A DNA stretch of 64,000 nt from Octopus bimaculoides (taxonomy: Eukaryota), in contig NC_068984.1 of the NCBI RefSeq assembly GCF_001194135.2, positions 31,774,776 through 31,838,775 of the forward strand, read 5' to 3'. Within the stretch, counting starts at the first letter, position 1, and every line of letters starts with the position of its first letter. Both the position numbers and the translations under genes were made by a program. The notes beneath the pieces were generated by a model. It made no database searches. It saw nothing but the letters and a program-made list of their open reading frames with translations, and was not told the DNA's origin. Shown here in pieces: positions 13,654 to 25,874 of the stretch.

Positions 13654-13812
13654 CACACACACATACATACGTACGTGCGTACATACACACACACACATAC
13701 ACACATAAATACACACTCAAACATAATACATTCAAAGTTTTTAAATATCACTCTCGTCTCCTTTACTACCAATAGTATTAGTACCTGTTATAATTAATGC
13801 TATTACTTAGGA

Positions 13813-13848
<36 letters not shown>

Positions 13849-14850
13849 GAACACGTCGCACAGTATCCAATATTGTAATGTAGATTTGAAGATATTGTGT
13901 GCAGTGGGGATTTTGCTGTCTGTCAAATCTTAAGGACCTCAAACAAACAGTACTTTACGCAGTATACGTGCAGATTCAAATAAAGCCGATATTTGCAATA
14001 CAAGATTTTAGAGTTTTTCTAAAGTGTTCAGATGTTTCTTCAGGTTGGGTGGTATTGAACTCAACGCACTGATAGCAACAAGAACAACGTTTGTATTTGA
14101 CTATCGCAACTGCCACATGTTGGTGATCTCAATTTTCTGGTCAAATTATTAATGGTTTCAAGTAAGGGGTTCTCCTTCCTTTCATGACAATATGTTAACC
14201 TCCTGACACTGATACGTCAATTATTAGTTATGCTTGTCCCCCTTAAAGGCTACTATATCCAACCTTCAGTGCTCTAATCACGCTTTCGGTCTTCTTCTCA
14301 CACATTCCGCTAAGGTTCTTGGCGATCGTGTGGTATATATCTTTTTTCACTGAGTTGGTATTCACTGTCAGGTCCTAGACAGCAATAATTAGGATTTCAG
14401 TCCACTTTTTATGGTCAACTTTGCTGATTCACAATCATGATGCTTCCTGGTCTTTTAAGTTGTTAGTTTTGCTGTGGACTGCTGACCATGTAATTTCATG
14501 TGGAGTAGTACTTCTTCTCTTTCGGTGGTTATTCGTGATTAGAATTCATTAGCACTTTCAACTCCATTGTTAGTAAATCTTTCAGCATTAGTAGCATACT
14601 GTAGCAGGTAACAAATCTTGTTCGCTGTTTACCAAATACTCTGCCAAGTTTCTTCTTTCAGTATCCCGTACGCTAATCAGGCCATGTCCACCTTATAGCC
14701 TGTGTACATTTGCCTTAAGGTAGAAGGCACCATGCATTGTCATCGTCTTTCGGGTTGTGTGATCGAGTCGGTCTGTAATAAATCGACCGTGTGAACCAAA
14801 GGAGAATGGCGACGAGACGGAAAAGGCTCCTTTTAACCATGTCACACGGT
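13813..14850 (-). mobile_element. R4/Dong-like non-LTR retrotransposon (RLE type), truncated and decayed, (TAA)n tail
   Basis: Minus strand gives DRLDHTTRKTMTMHGAFYLKANVHRL, an LHGQ motif, ISALSSIPPNLKKHL and QISALFESARILRKVL. A short 3' UTR then ends in (TAA)n at 13813-13848. Confidence 0.85.
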
Positions 14851-15004
14851 TGAACACAAAAACATAATATATCACATAGAAGGCTCGTCGTGAGAGATAC
14901 GAGCCAAGTGCCAGAAGGAATCAGAGAGTGACAAACACAACCGTTAGATATAAAAATAGAGTAAGTTTATTAACATAGTGGAACTGTAGTGTGTGTGTGC
15001 GTGC

Positions 15005-15210
15005 ATGCGGCATATATAAATAACACAATACATAAGTCAGGCCTTCGTGTACAAGAGTATGTATACAACAATGTGAAATAACGGATAGTTGTATAAGCAA
15101 TAGTGTATGCGGCATATATAAATAACGCAGTAGATAAATCAGGCCTTCGTGTACAAGAGTATGTATACAACAATATGAAATAACGGATACGTCGTATAAG
15201 CAATAGTGTG
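15005..15210. repeat. Two-copy ~102-bp tandem duplication inside an unclassified repeat (14876-15377)
   Basis: Unit ATGCGGCATATATAAATAAC...GGCCTTCGTGTACAAGAGTATGTATACAACAA...TAAGCAATAGTGT starts at 15005 and 15107. Confidence 0.9.
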
Positions 15211-15377
15211 TGTACAATATATGTGTGTGAGAGAGAGAGGAACACAGAACATAGAAGAGTGTCTGTAACAGACTGTAAAAGTCTTAAACACTAAGATTGA
15301 GAAATACCAGTTCGTATATGAGTTACACAAGATATAGAATGTTCATACGCAGGAAGTTGTGGCCAAGAGAGCAGATC

Positions 15378-15992
15378 TGTAGTATCACAATATGTGTGTT
15401 GAGTGTCGTTACTGCGACCGGTTACCTGGTATAGTATACTCTAGCAGTTTGGTTCTGACTGTTGTTCGTGGTGGAAATAATCCACTCATACAGTGTCGAG
15501 ATAAAACCGCTTCTGTTAATATTGGTGTGTACTCTGGTGGTGGTGTTGCTGGCGTCGACATTGGTAGACAGTACATTGGTGGTGAAGACGTCGCTGGAAA
15601 CTGCCTGGAGCTGTGTTCTGTATGTGTGTGTGGTCAGCGACCAGACCTATGAGAGATCTGAAATCGAAGACGACTGGCGCCGTTAGATCGGGCTTATTTA
15701 TAAATGAAATAGGGCTCACCGGAAACGAAGACAAACTCTCTCTCACGTGACCTTATTATAAGACCACGATTGGACGGAATGCACCCTGGCGCGAAACAGA
15801 ACTGGGGACAATTGCCGCGCAAATGAGAACCAATCAGGGTGGTGGATACAAGGGGCCAAGGCAGTCGAAAGCTAGATGTTAGCAGCTTCGTTATAATTTG
15901 TGATTGAATGCCCGAGAGAGAGGTTTCACTACAGGTCAATCTCCGCTCGCGTCCATTTCTGAACGGATTCACTATAGCGAACTTCGGCAACA
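15378..15992 (-). mobile_element. Putative solo LTR (Gypsy-like)
   Basis: TGT...ACA termini (TGTTGCCG...ACTACA on minus); flanks GATC/GCTC (3 of 4 match, possible 4-bp TSD). Internal CCAAT, CACGTG and TATAAATA lie in promoter order on the minus strand. CpG-rich relative to flanks. Confidence 0.45.
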
Positions 15993-18320
15993 GCTCATAT
16001 GAGCAAAATTTGTTATCCTTACTTGGATAAGGAAATAGGGCTTGTATCAGAAAGGGAACTAAAGGGTAAATGGACTAAAACGAAAGAATAAAATGAAAGT
16101 GTATATATATATGTGTGTGTGTGTATACCGGAGTAAGCACATAAAATGTGCAACAAGGTGGAAAAAAGAGTACTCAAATACCAGAGGTAGAGTAATATGC
16201 TTTATTTAAAAGCAGCAGAAATATAACAAAAACATATATATATATATATATGTATGTATGTATGTATATTCTCGTTCACATAACATCTATGTGTGTGTGT
16301 GTTTGTGTGTGAATCTGATAAAGTAGATACAATTTACGATAAAGATTTGCTGTTTTATTTTTATTACAATTCTAGTGTCTTTCAGAGCAAAATCTTTGAG
16401 GGCTGTTCGCATGCTTTACTGCCTCTGGTAGTCACTCACTCCCACTCCGTTTGTTGTTTTACTTTTCTTTCCCACCAAGCGTGACCGATAGGCCATACAT
16501 TGCGTTTTATTATATGTAAGATTATTATTAACGGGAAGAGTGCTCTCGACTCGACTCTGTAACGTTTCTGAACTTTTCATGTTATTTGATAGAAATGAGA
16601 TGTATTCGTCTTAAAATTGTCTTCACTTATACAAACCAACTCTTTTCGTTGAGCGGTTACGTTTTACTTCATCTGCACATCATGAAGGACATATAGCGGT
16701 AAAGTTTCGTTGCGTAAATCTTGCCTGTTTTGCTTTAAAAAGTTGGAAATCCCTTGAGAAATAATATTCACGGTGGACAAATATGAAAGAGAGAAAGAGA
16801 GAGAGTTAAGCGGAATGAGAATTGCATAAAACGTTTTAGGGGAAAATCTCAACGCAATGCAGCACCAACAGCCTCAACAACAATAACAATGGGAAAAGAA
16901 GTGACATAACAAACAGGAGTTAATACAATTTCAGCGAATATTTCCCGGATTTGACATCATCTAAATGAAGTATAACATCGATAACACAATCAACAAGAAA
17001 ATCAGAAATGGTGAATCAGGAATATAGAGACATTACTCTGCTACAGTTACCACTGTACTTAAACTACTTTCATGGTTGCGAGGTGTAGCAGCGTCACTAA
17101 CATCCTTGGTACCGCAACTACCGTAAGCACAACAACAATGACTCCGCTATGAAATATAGCAAAGCTACTTCAAATAGTTTGGTTTTACCGGTAGACGACG
17201 AATCGTTTAGAGGAGCTCCTTATATTGCTAAAAGAGATGGCCAATGCACTTTTCTGATCATAATAACAGTGGTGATCAATAATGATAATAGATTCCTAGT
17301 CCTTCTTTTACTTTTGACTTTGTTCATATTTTGTAGCTATTCTTGTTTTATGCATTATACTATTACTCCAACGTTATCATACTGTTTCTTCCTAACGTGT
17401 CTCCATTTGAATCTGTCGTACATTGATTCCTAAGTAGTTGTAAATTTGTATTTCATCCAATCTTTTATCGTTAATATTTTATTTATCAGCTTTTCTCTTT
17501 GACTAATCTACCGTTGCATTCAAGCTCAAACTGAGGCTGGGCGTTTTGCGACCGGAATGTTAATAAGCATTTCTTACATTCTACCAGCTACAAAAAGCAG
17601 TCATCGAAAACTTAACCACTTCATTTTATAGTTGTTGTTACAAGTGTTAGATTAGCCTAAATGGTATAACGCCAAACTATAACGTTTGCAGTAAGATAAA
17701 AATCGCAAGTCCAAGGAAAATGTCTCATAGAAAACATTTGTTACAGAATTTAGTCACAGTTAGGGAAGAATTTATTATTTGGAGGCCTTTAATCCAAGAA
17801 CACTTTTATAAACCTTACTGCATTTTGTTTCATTTTTCTTTTCGATTCCAGCAGATGAATTCCTTTCTCCAAAGTCTATAGAACAAAGCAATAATTTTCT
17901 CTAATGAATTCAATCATCTATATTATTCTAATAGAGCTGAAGCCAATGAAAAGACATCCTCCTGAATGATTGACATATTTTAAATATTAATGAAACCTCT
18001 CACCTTATACGCCAAAATCTTCAAAAAGGAAGGACATTTTTGGTAAAGGACTCTATGTTTAGACGAAGGCATAGCTCTATGGTTAAGAAATTTGATTTGC
18101 AACCAAATTATTTCAGTCGCCGTCCCATTGCCAGCGCATAGCTCATTGAGAAAGTGACTCTTTCTATAGTACCCAACTTTTCATTGCCTTTGAGTGGATT
18201 TGGTAGGCAGAAGTTCGTCATATGTGTGTGGGTATCTGTGTTCGCTTTTTGTGTGTAGGGATAATTCGAAACCGAACCGCTTGGTCGTCGGTCAGACATC
18301 ATGATCAAAGCACAACAGTT

Positions 18321-18410
18321 TCACGTGATCGGCCTATTAAGTAACCAATCAGCGTCAAGCGCAATTATTGTTTCAGTTGGGATGGGCCAATCACAGATTA
18401 CTGTGCCAAT
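18321..18410. promoter_or_regulatory. Putative TATA-less promoter (E-box plus three CCAAT boxes)
   Basis: TCACGTGA at 18321; CCAAT at 18345, 18387 and 18406; lies in a CpG-enriched, repeat-poor stretch. Confidence 0.4.
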
Positions 18411-19659
18411 AAGTTTGTCGTAAGCTCCAAGCAATATGTCTGACTCTACAGGCTATGAAATTGTTGCTGGTTGTATTTGTAAAAGTACCAACACAGTTAA
18501 AACTCTATGTGCAACAATAAAATGTGTTAACTGTTCGCAGGTGTCGTCAGTTATTTCTTCACGCGGCTCGAGAAATACATTTTGACTCAGCCACTCAGAC
18601 ATTCATCACCTAAGATCAGCCAACAACAATAATAAAGCTACAATGTGTCTGTGTTTGTCTCTCGTTGCTTAATAACCAGTGTTGATTTATTTACGTAACT
18701 ACGTAACTTAACGGTTTATAAAAAGACACCAATAAAATAAGTAACAAATTTTGAATAGGTACTGACGTTGACTTGATTGCCTAAAACCCATCGAGAAAGA
18801 GCCTCAGCTTGGCTGCTATCCAGTGACTGAAAAAAATGAATGAATAAAATAACGAATGCTGCATCTGAAATGAACGACGGGGACATCTTTGGCAATAAGT
18901 CTTCTTGATCAGAGTTTAATCTGGACGAAAGAATATTAACAGGTTATGACTTCGCGCAAATTAAAATACATTTTAATATAAGCGAGGACGGTGAAGTACA
19001 GAAACACCCAATTGCAGTGTAAAAAGCGCTTCACAACATCATCTGATCTCATTTTACATCTCTCTATGCTGCATTCTTCTTGATGTACAAGAAATGGCGA
19101 CTGATTCTCCTTTACTTCATTCTGTTCTCTTCCAGAAATGACAAAAAAGAAAGATTGGTTTTTGTATGTCTAAAAGATGGTTGGATGTTTACGGATGCAA
19201 CACATCTGAGAATAGAACTATTCGCTTCAGGGCGGAATAGCAGCGATCAGTCATATGTTGCTCTGTATTACAGAAGATATCTACACTTACATACATTATA
19301 CAGATTTGGCTTAATACTTCAATATCACAGCTATCACTAAACCATATAGCAATTTAACGGCAACAACCACACCAGCAATAACATTAGCATTAATATCACA
19401 AATATCATTGTAAGGCTATTTTAAACATTTTTCGTTTTGGATTAATACCAAGTAAGTCTATTCTGTCAAAATCACCTTCATATCCCTTACCTCATATCCA
19501 AATTTGCTGATCATATATCTCTATTGATCATCAATCAAACATTGTCTGATTCACAATATGTTACGTCTCACTTCGTTCACCATTTAATTCCATATCTGGC
19601 CGAGATCTGAAAGTTTGGCAGATCCACCAAATCAATAAGCTATGCACACATAATCATAA

Positions 19660-19844
19660 ACAATACGTGTATGTGTCTGTATGTAAATACATATACACGT
19701 ATGTATATGTATTAATGTGTGTATGTACATTTACATACTTATATGTGCGTATTCATGTGCATATACATGTATGTATTTATGTATGTATGTATGTATATAT
19801 ATATATGTGTATATATATATGTGTGTATAGATGTGTGTGTGTAT

Positions 19845-19919
<75 letters not shown>

Positions 19920-19920
19920 T
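19660..19920. repeat. Compound (TA)/(TG)/(CA) microsatellite
   Basis: Directly visible. Confidence 0.95.
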
Positions 19921-20614
19921 GTGTGTATTGTTTGTGCATTTGTATGTTGTATCTTGGAAAGATTATTTACCAAACTAAAATAAGAAAATACACGCAATTG
20001 TTTTATTTCGTTTCTTTTTATAAATAGTCAACTTCTTAATTAATTAAGCAATTAAATAATCGATTACTTGACTATTCGCTTGATTAATAAATTAATCAGT
20101 CAGTTTGTGAGAGTCATTTCGTCGCCATTCATGACCTTATCGATGACATCCAATCGTCTGCTTTTCATGTGTCACAATGTTTAAGAAACATTTCATTTTG
20201 TTCTTGTATTTATTGTCTTTGGAATACCTGAGTGCATATATGCGTTTAGTTTGGACTTAAGATCTTTTGTGTATGATTGTGTGTGTGTGTGATTGTATGT
20301 GTATGTGTTACTTGTTTAGTGTTTATACTAGTAGATTGTGTGTATGTGCATACGTATGCGCGTGTGTATACGTGTTTTGGTTTACATGCATCTAAGACGG
20401 TGCCTGTGTTAGGAACAATTTTTATGTTTGTATGTACATATGAGTGTGCATGAAAATTCGTAATCGAGCAATGACTTCCATTACCACCTGATGCTGGATT
20501 TTTATGCCCTGCGACCACTACAGACGTGAACGTGCATTGTGCATGTTTGCGTATGCAAATGTATGGGTCATCATATAAAGGTATGTATACGTGTATAAAG
20601 TGCGCTTGTGTGTC

Positions 20615-20717
<103 letters not shown>

Positions 20718-20870
20718 CTGGTTAGGGTGCTGCACTCACGATCGAGAAAGATCGTGGTTTCATTTTCTGAACTGGGTGATGAGTTGTGTTCTGGAGCAAA
20801 GCACTTCATTTCACATTGCTCTGCGATTACTTAAACATCTGACGTGTGGTACATCGTGTACTTATTCAGA
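20718..20870 (+). mobile_element. tRNA-derived SINE fragment (CORE-like central motif)
   Basis: GGTTAGGGTGCTGCACTCAC...GTGTTCTGGAGCAAAGCACTTCATTTCACATTGCTC is shared with copies at 25875 and 58815. Confidence 0.7.
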
Positions 20871-20879
20871 AAACCTCGA

Positions 20880-22390
20880 TTAGATGCATTGTGCGAAAGT
20901 ACATTTATATGCGTGTAAGCATCTCGAGAGTCGTTCAGAAATTCTATTAATGATCTGCTCGTTAGTCCGCAGAATAGACAGGGATTCCTCGGAGCGGAGA
21001 CGGCATCTCCTGGAAATAATATTGTATGGTTTCGCGTACCTTACAATGAACCAATTAATGCTGTACTTCATTTTATCTTCCTTCAGTCGCTATACAAAAT
21101 CTGCCAAAGATTTTAAATGTCTCTTATTGATTGTCTTAAAGTTAGCAACATAGTTACGATAACGATTCTTAAATGAATCAGCCGTCTGCCCAATATAAAC
21201 ATACGGCCCTCCCATTGTGTGCACGGTACATTTATATACAAGATTTGTACTCATACAGAGATTCATCAAAGGACATTTTGATTTATCTCTGCATGAGCCT
21301 TTATCGTGTTAGCTGTATCATAAGTATTTCTATTACTACAAATTCGTCGTAGGTGGAGTTTATCATTGCGGTTTACATATCCTTGGTTGGTATTTAGATG
21401 CAAATGGTCGCTAGATCCAATAGCTGGGTTAGTGAACCTTTGCCGCATTTTGCTTTTGTTTATGCGATGCATAAGCTGCTCTAAATTAGCAGAGTTGACG
21501 TAGGATACCTTCACGGTGTGTCGATTAAAAATAACATACTGATTAAATTTAGGAAAACACTTGTCCAAAGCAGCAAAACAAATTTTCCAGTGATCTTGGT
21601 TGAAACATGCAAAATCGGGTTGAACCAGAGGACATCTTGATTCCTGGATCTGTTGTTAGGCTTATTTGATTGAGTGTGTTGTACAGGACTGGAACAAGCA
21701 GTTGGATTATTATGTCGCATGTGTCTATCAGTTTTCATTGGTAGTTCATTGATATGACCAATTCTTCCTGGCCTGTATTCTTTATCTGAGTGAGTTCTCA
21801 AACCGTAACGTTGTGGTGCTATACAATGTGCATCATTGTTGGAGGAATTACCAGTGTTGTGTATGCCCACTTCTTGCATATACTGAATTTTTTCACGGTA
21901 CCCAGCCCTAGCCAAAGCAGCATTATAATAAGTTGCATGTGATTCGAAAAATTTATTATTAGCAGTAATCTAGAGATTCTTATAGAAATATTCTTAACTA
22001 GTCCCCGTATAATCGAGGGTGGATGGTTGGATGCTACATTAATGTACTTAATATGATCATTTGGCTCATGAAATGGTTCAAATAATCCAGTATCAAGATA
22101 GAAGGTTGCGTCAAGAAAATCCACTCTACGATAATCTTTACCCATGGTAATGTTTAGTTCTAATTTTTTTTTAAATCTAAAGAAATTTTTCCTATGCCTT
22201 TCTAACTGTACTTTACTAATTGTGTCCAGGTTGTGTGTGAAGCTGGGGTATTTTCAGAGAAGCAGTCGATCCGAATACCGGGCTATCAACACTGTCAGAA
22301 TCCAAACCAAAGCCGGGATACTTCAGGTGTAGAAAATTTAAGCTTCACGACGATTATACCAGCATATAGGTTTCACAGAGAATAAATAAT
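20880..22390 (-). mobile_element. Penelope-like element (RT C-terminal half plus GIY-YIG), decayed
   Basis: Minus strand: RYSDRLLL (degenerate YxDD region), VDFLDATFYLDTGLFEPFHEPND..YINVASNHPPSII, WFNP, IFNRHTVKVSY, VYKCTV...YVYIGQTADSFKNRY and KYSINWFIVRYAKPYNIISRRCRL. Frameshifts present. Confidence 0.92.
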
Positions 22391-24082
22391 CCAATGGTAA
22401 AAAGACAAAGAAAATTCTTTAACACATCTTTAATTATAAGTTACAAATGTTTGCATACCATCTTCATTTGCAACACCAGTTTACGTGAAAAATCACGTAA
22501 TATTTGCGGTTTAGACATTGGAGAGGCACTTCATCAGACTTGCATCAAAGGTGTACTATTACATTGTGCATTATCCAGATATTGTTGTTAGGAAAATATG
22601 AAGAGGAAATAGAAAAGGAAAACTTAATAGTGTGGATGTGGGATGAGTATGTGGGGTAGATATTATACGGTGAGGGTATCAAGAGGGTGGATATGTATAA
22701 TAGGAGGGAGAGAGGGAAGGAGGGGCGGAAATTGATCAGCAGAAGACGAAAGTGAAGAAGAAGAAGAAGAAGAAGAAGAAGAAGAAGAAGAAGAAGAAGG
22801 AGGAGGAGGGGAAGGAGAAAAGGAAGAGGAGAAGTAGATACAGTGACAAGAGTTGTATATAGCAAAACGGTTTATCTAATAGTATGCTGGTGGTGGGTCA
22901 GCCAGTACAGGCAGAACCATTGTTGCTGAAATTCATTTGATAGAAGATGTGTGTGTATCTATATGTCTGTGTAAGTATGTTTGGGTGTATCTGTGTATGT
23001 GTCTGGGTTTGCAGGAGTATATATACGTATGTGTGTATGGATGTGTATATATTCTTGTGCATGTATACGTATGTATTTGTGTATGTGTGTATATATACAT
23101 GTGTGTGCGTGTGTGTGTGTGTGCGTGTGAATGCATGTATATATAAATGCACCAATAGCTATATATCACACTGCCCATATATTTCCTTTTATTTTTATTA
23201 TTCTTTTATTTATCATTTCAACCATACCTGAATAACTTATATGCTTTAATATCCTCCTGGCCACTATTTAATAAAATTAAACTCTAATTATTTTCTACTC
23301 CGGGGTTTTATGTCTTTACTGCCCTCATTTAGGGCCTCTCATCCACTTCCATCTCTTAGTCTTTTTTTGTTCCTTTGTGTAACTCTTCCACACCAGGGTC
23401 ATAGACAAGGTCTCCCCCTCATCATACACCATAAATATCCTCATCATTTGATTCTGGACAATCGTCTAGTTATCTGTTTAACAGACCTTTTCACTTTCAG
23501 TTCTGGCAGACTGATGCCGTTGGGTGGGCAAATACATCTATCAGATGAATTTCAGTAATAATGGTTCGGCCTGTACTGGCTGACCAACCACCAGCATATA
23601 ACTAGATAAACCGTTTTGCTGTATGCAGCCTTACCCATTGTATCTACTTCTCCCTCTTCCTTTTCTTCTTCTTCTCCTTCCTCTTCTTCTTCTCCTCCTA
23701 CTTAACTTTTGTCTTTTGCTGATCATTTTCCACCCCTCCTTCTCTTTCTCCCTCCTATCATTATACATATCCACCCTCTTGATTCCTTCCACCATATAGT
23801 ATCGACCCCACATACTCATCCCACATCCACACTTTTAAGCTTTCCTTTTCTATTTCCTCTTGATATTTTCCTAACAATGTCTGAAGGATGTACAGTGTAA
23901 AAGCACACCTTTGATGGAAGTCTGATAAAGTGCCTCTCCAATGTCTAAACTGCAAATATTACGTGATTTTTTCATTTAGAATTTTCGCGTAAACTGGTGT
24001 TGCGAATAGAGATGGGATGGAAATATTTGTATATTATGATTAAAGATGTGTTAAAGAATTTTCTTTGTCTTCTTTTCCTTGG
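22391..24082. mobile_element. Foldback-type element: ~550-bp inverted arms around a ~580-bp spacer
   Basis: 22391-~22950 is the reverse complement of ~23534-24082 along its length (e.g. AAGACAAAGAAAATTCTTTAACACATCTTTAAT; TTTAGACATTGGAGAGGCACTT; GCCAGTACAGGCAGAACCATT), with substitutions and indels. Both ends start CCAA. No TSD seen. Confidence 0.75.
22753..22800 (+). repeat. (GAA)n microsatellite within the left arm of the foldback element
   Basis: Directly visible; a shorter degenerate (TTC)n lies at the matching place in the right arm. Confidence 0.95.
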
Positions 24083-24114
<32 letters not shown>

Positions 24115-24526
24115 TCCTTATTTGTAAATTAAGCCTACCATTGGTTTCATGTTAAGAAGAGTAGGAAAATATTCAAGTATCTTGATTGGCTTGAAAACTT
24201 GTTAAAATACTCGAATATTTTCCTACCCTTCTTACTATGCAACCAATAGTAGCCTTAATTCACAAATAAAGAAATTATTTATTCACCAATGCAGTGTTGA
24301 GCACTCATTTTATATTTACGTACATATATATATATATATATATATATATNNNNNNNNNNNNNNNNNNNNNNNNNNNNNNNNNNNNNNNNNNNNNNNNNNN
24401 NNNNNNNNNNNNNNNNNNNNNNNNNNNNNNNNNNNNNNNNNNNNNNNNNAAAACTGTACAAAAAAAAAAAAGACACAAAAAGCAAGTGTCAGAGTTAGGT
24501 GAAGAACAACAAACAGCATGTTTTAG

Positions 24527-24613
24527 TTTGACACTCAGAAAAATTTGAAGAGTCTTTGGCTTTTTGAGCCTACACACTTCTACAGAAAGGAACGAGGAGA
24601 GAAAACAGATGGA
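24527..24613 (+). CDS. Candidate internal exon of an unidentified gene (FDTQKNLKSLWLFEPTHFYRKERGEKTDG)
   Basis: CATGTTTTAG acceptor, 87 nt open in phase 0-0, GGA|GTGAGA donor, non-repetitive sequence. No homolog recognised. Confidence 0.25.
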
Positions 24614-24676
24614 GTGAGAAAAATATTTCTGGATTAACAGTTGCACAAGTTATATGTGTGTGCACATGAGCATGTC

Positions 24677-24708
<32 letters not shown>

Positions 24709-25874
24709 CACACATGCCCATACTTGCTAATTCTCAATTCCATAAATTACAAATTACTCTAGTTCTGATTGCTGAAATATTTGTGTGCTCTACTGAAAAC
24801 AAAGAAAATCTATATATCATGTAATTTTGAACATATTTTTAATCATTCGAATAGGAAAGGAGAAATAATACTCAGAACAGAAACATGAGTAAAACAGAAT
24901 ATAAAAAATAAATTTATAACAATATATGTCTATATGTGCAAAATAAGAAAACTGATATACAATATTGATATAAGAAGTGATATGAAAAGAAATTTAATGT
25001 AACAACAACAGATAAGCTATAAAGTAGTTCCATTATAACTCAGTAGAGATCATGTTTTAGCTAAAATATTTTCAGATTTACATACAAAGTCTTAACTTCA
25101 AATCTAGAGACAGTGTAATATTCACAACAATAATATTTGCTGTTTAAATATTAAATATTTAGAAAAATGATCATTTCAGTATTTTATAATGCTTGATGTC
25201 ATGTTACACTTGGAGACAAACTTTCACTTCTGGAATTTCAAACTTTGACAAGTAAAAATAAGTCACACTTCACTACCTCTTTTTCCTCTCTGCTTCTCTC
25301 TCTCTCTATCTATCTATCTCCATCTATCTATTTATCTATCTATCTCACACACACACACATAATCTATCTATCTACAAATGTTTCAAAATTTGTAAAATAT
25401 GATAACTTTGTGTATTGTGAGGAGAGTTAGGTTTTGGTGTCATGGGCTAGATCCAAACTCATTGCATACAAACTTATTTCATTTTCTAAATCTTTTCAAC
25501 TGCCTTTTACAGATGCAAATTACTACTGTTGTCCTTGCTATCTAAGCTAAATATTGACCTATTTGGCTATCATGCCATACAGTGTTTAAAAATTTATAAT
25601 AAATAAAAATATTAGAAGCAGATCATTATTTTTTCTTGTCATTGTCTTCTTGTTTACTTTGTAGATATATTTGGTAGCTTTAGATAAATATATATCTGCA
25701 TATTTTTATGCATATGTATCTACTTGTATAATTCATTAATATATAAGTAAAAGAAGTATATTCATGAAAACTAAATAACAAATCATACTTTGTTTCCCAA
25801 TCTGGTTATATAAAAGTGACAGAAGTATATTAATACCAAAATGTCCTATCTATCAAACACTTAAACTCTCAAAC

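Noticed and set aside
13182-13797. ORFs spanning X runs (also 24279-24646, 42174-42634, 53167-53806, 54265-54576)
   Set aside because: They are open only because they cross N gaps.
14820-14850. ACA followed by TGG on the minus strand as a possible LTR end plus primer-binding site
   Set aside because: TGGTTAAAAGGAGCC matches no tRNA 3' end I recognise, the sequence continues as R4 coding, and there is no TSD.
15005-15210. 102-bp and 32-bp (29370) direct repeats as CRISPR-like arrays
   Set aside because: Units are adjacent with no unique spacers, only about two copies, and the context is eukaryotic.
22500-22545. CTGATGA on the minus strand next to the Penelope element as a hammerhead ribozyme
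   Set aside because: No GAAA core (TAAAC instead) and no stem II pairing.
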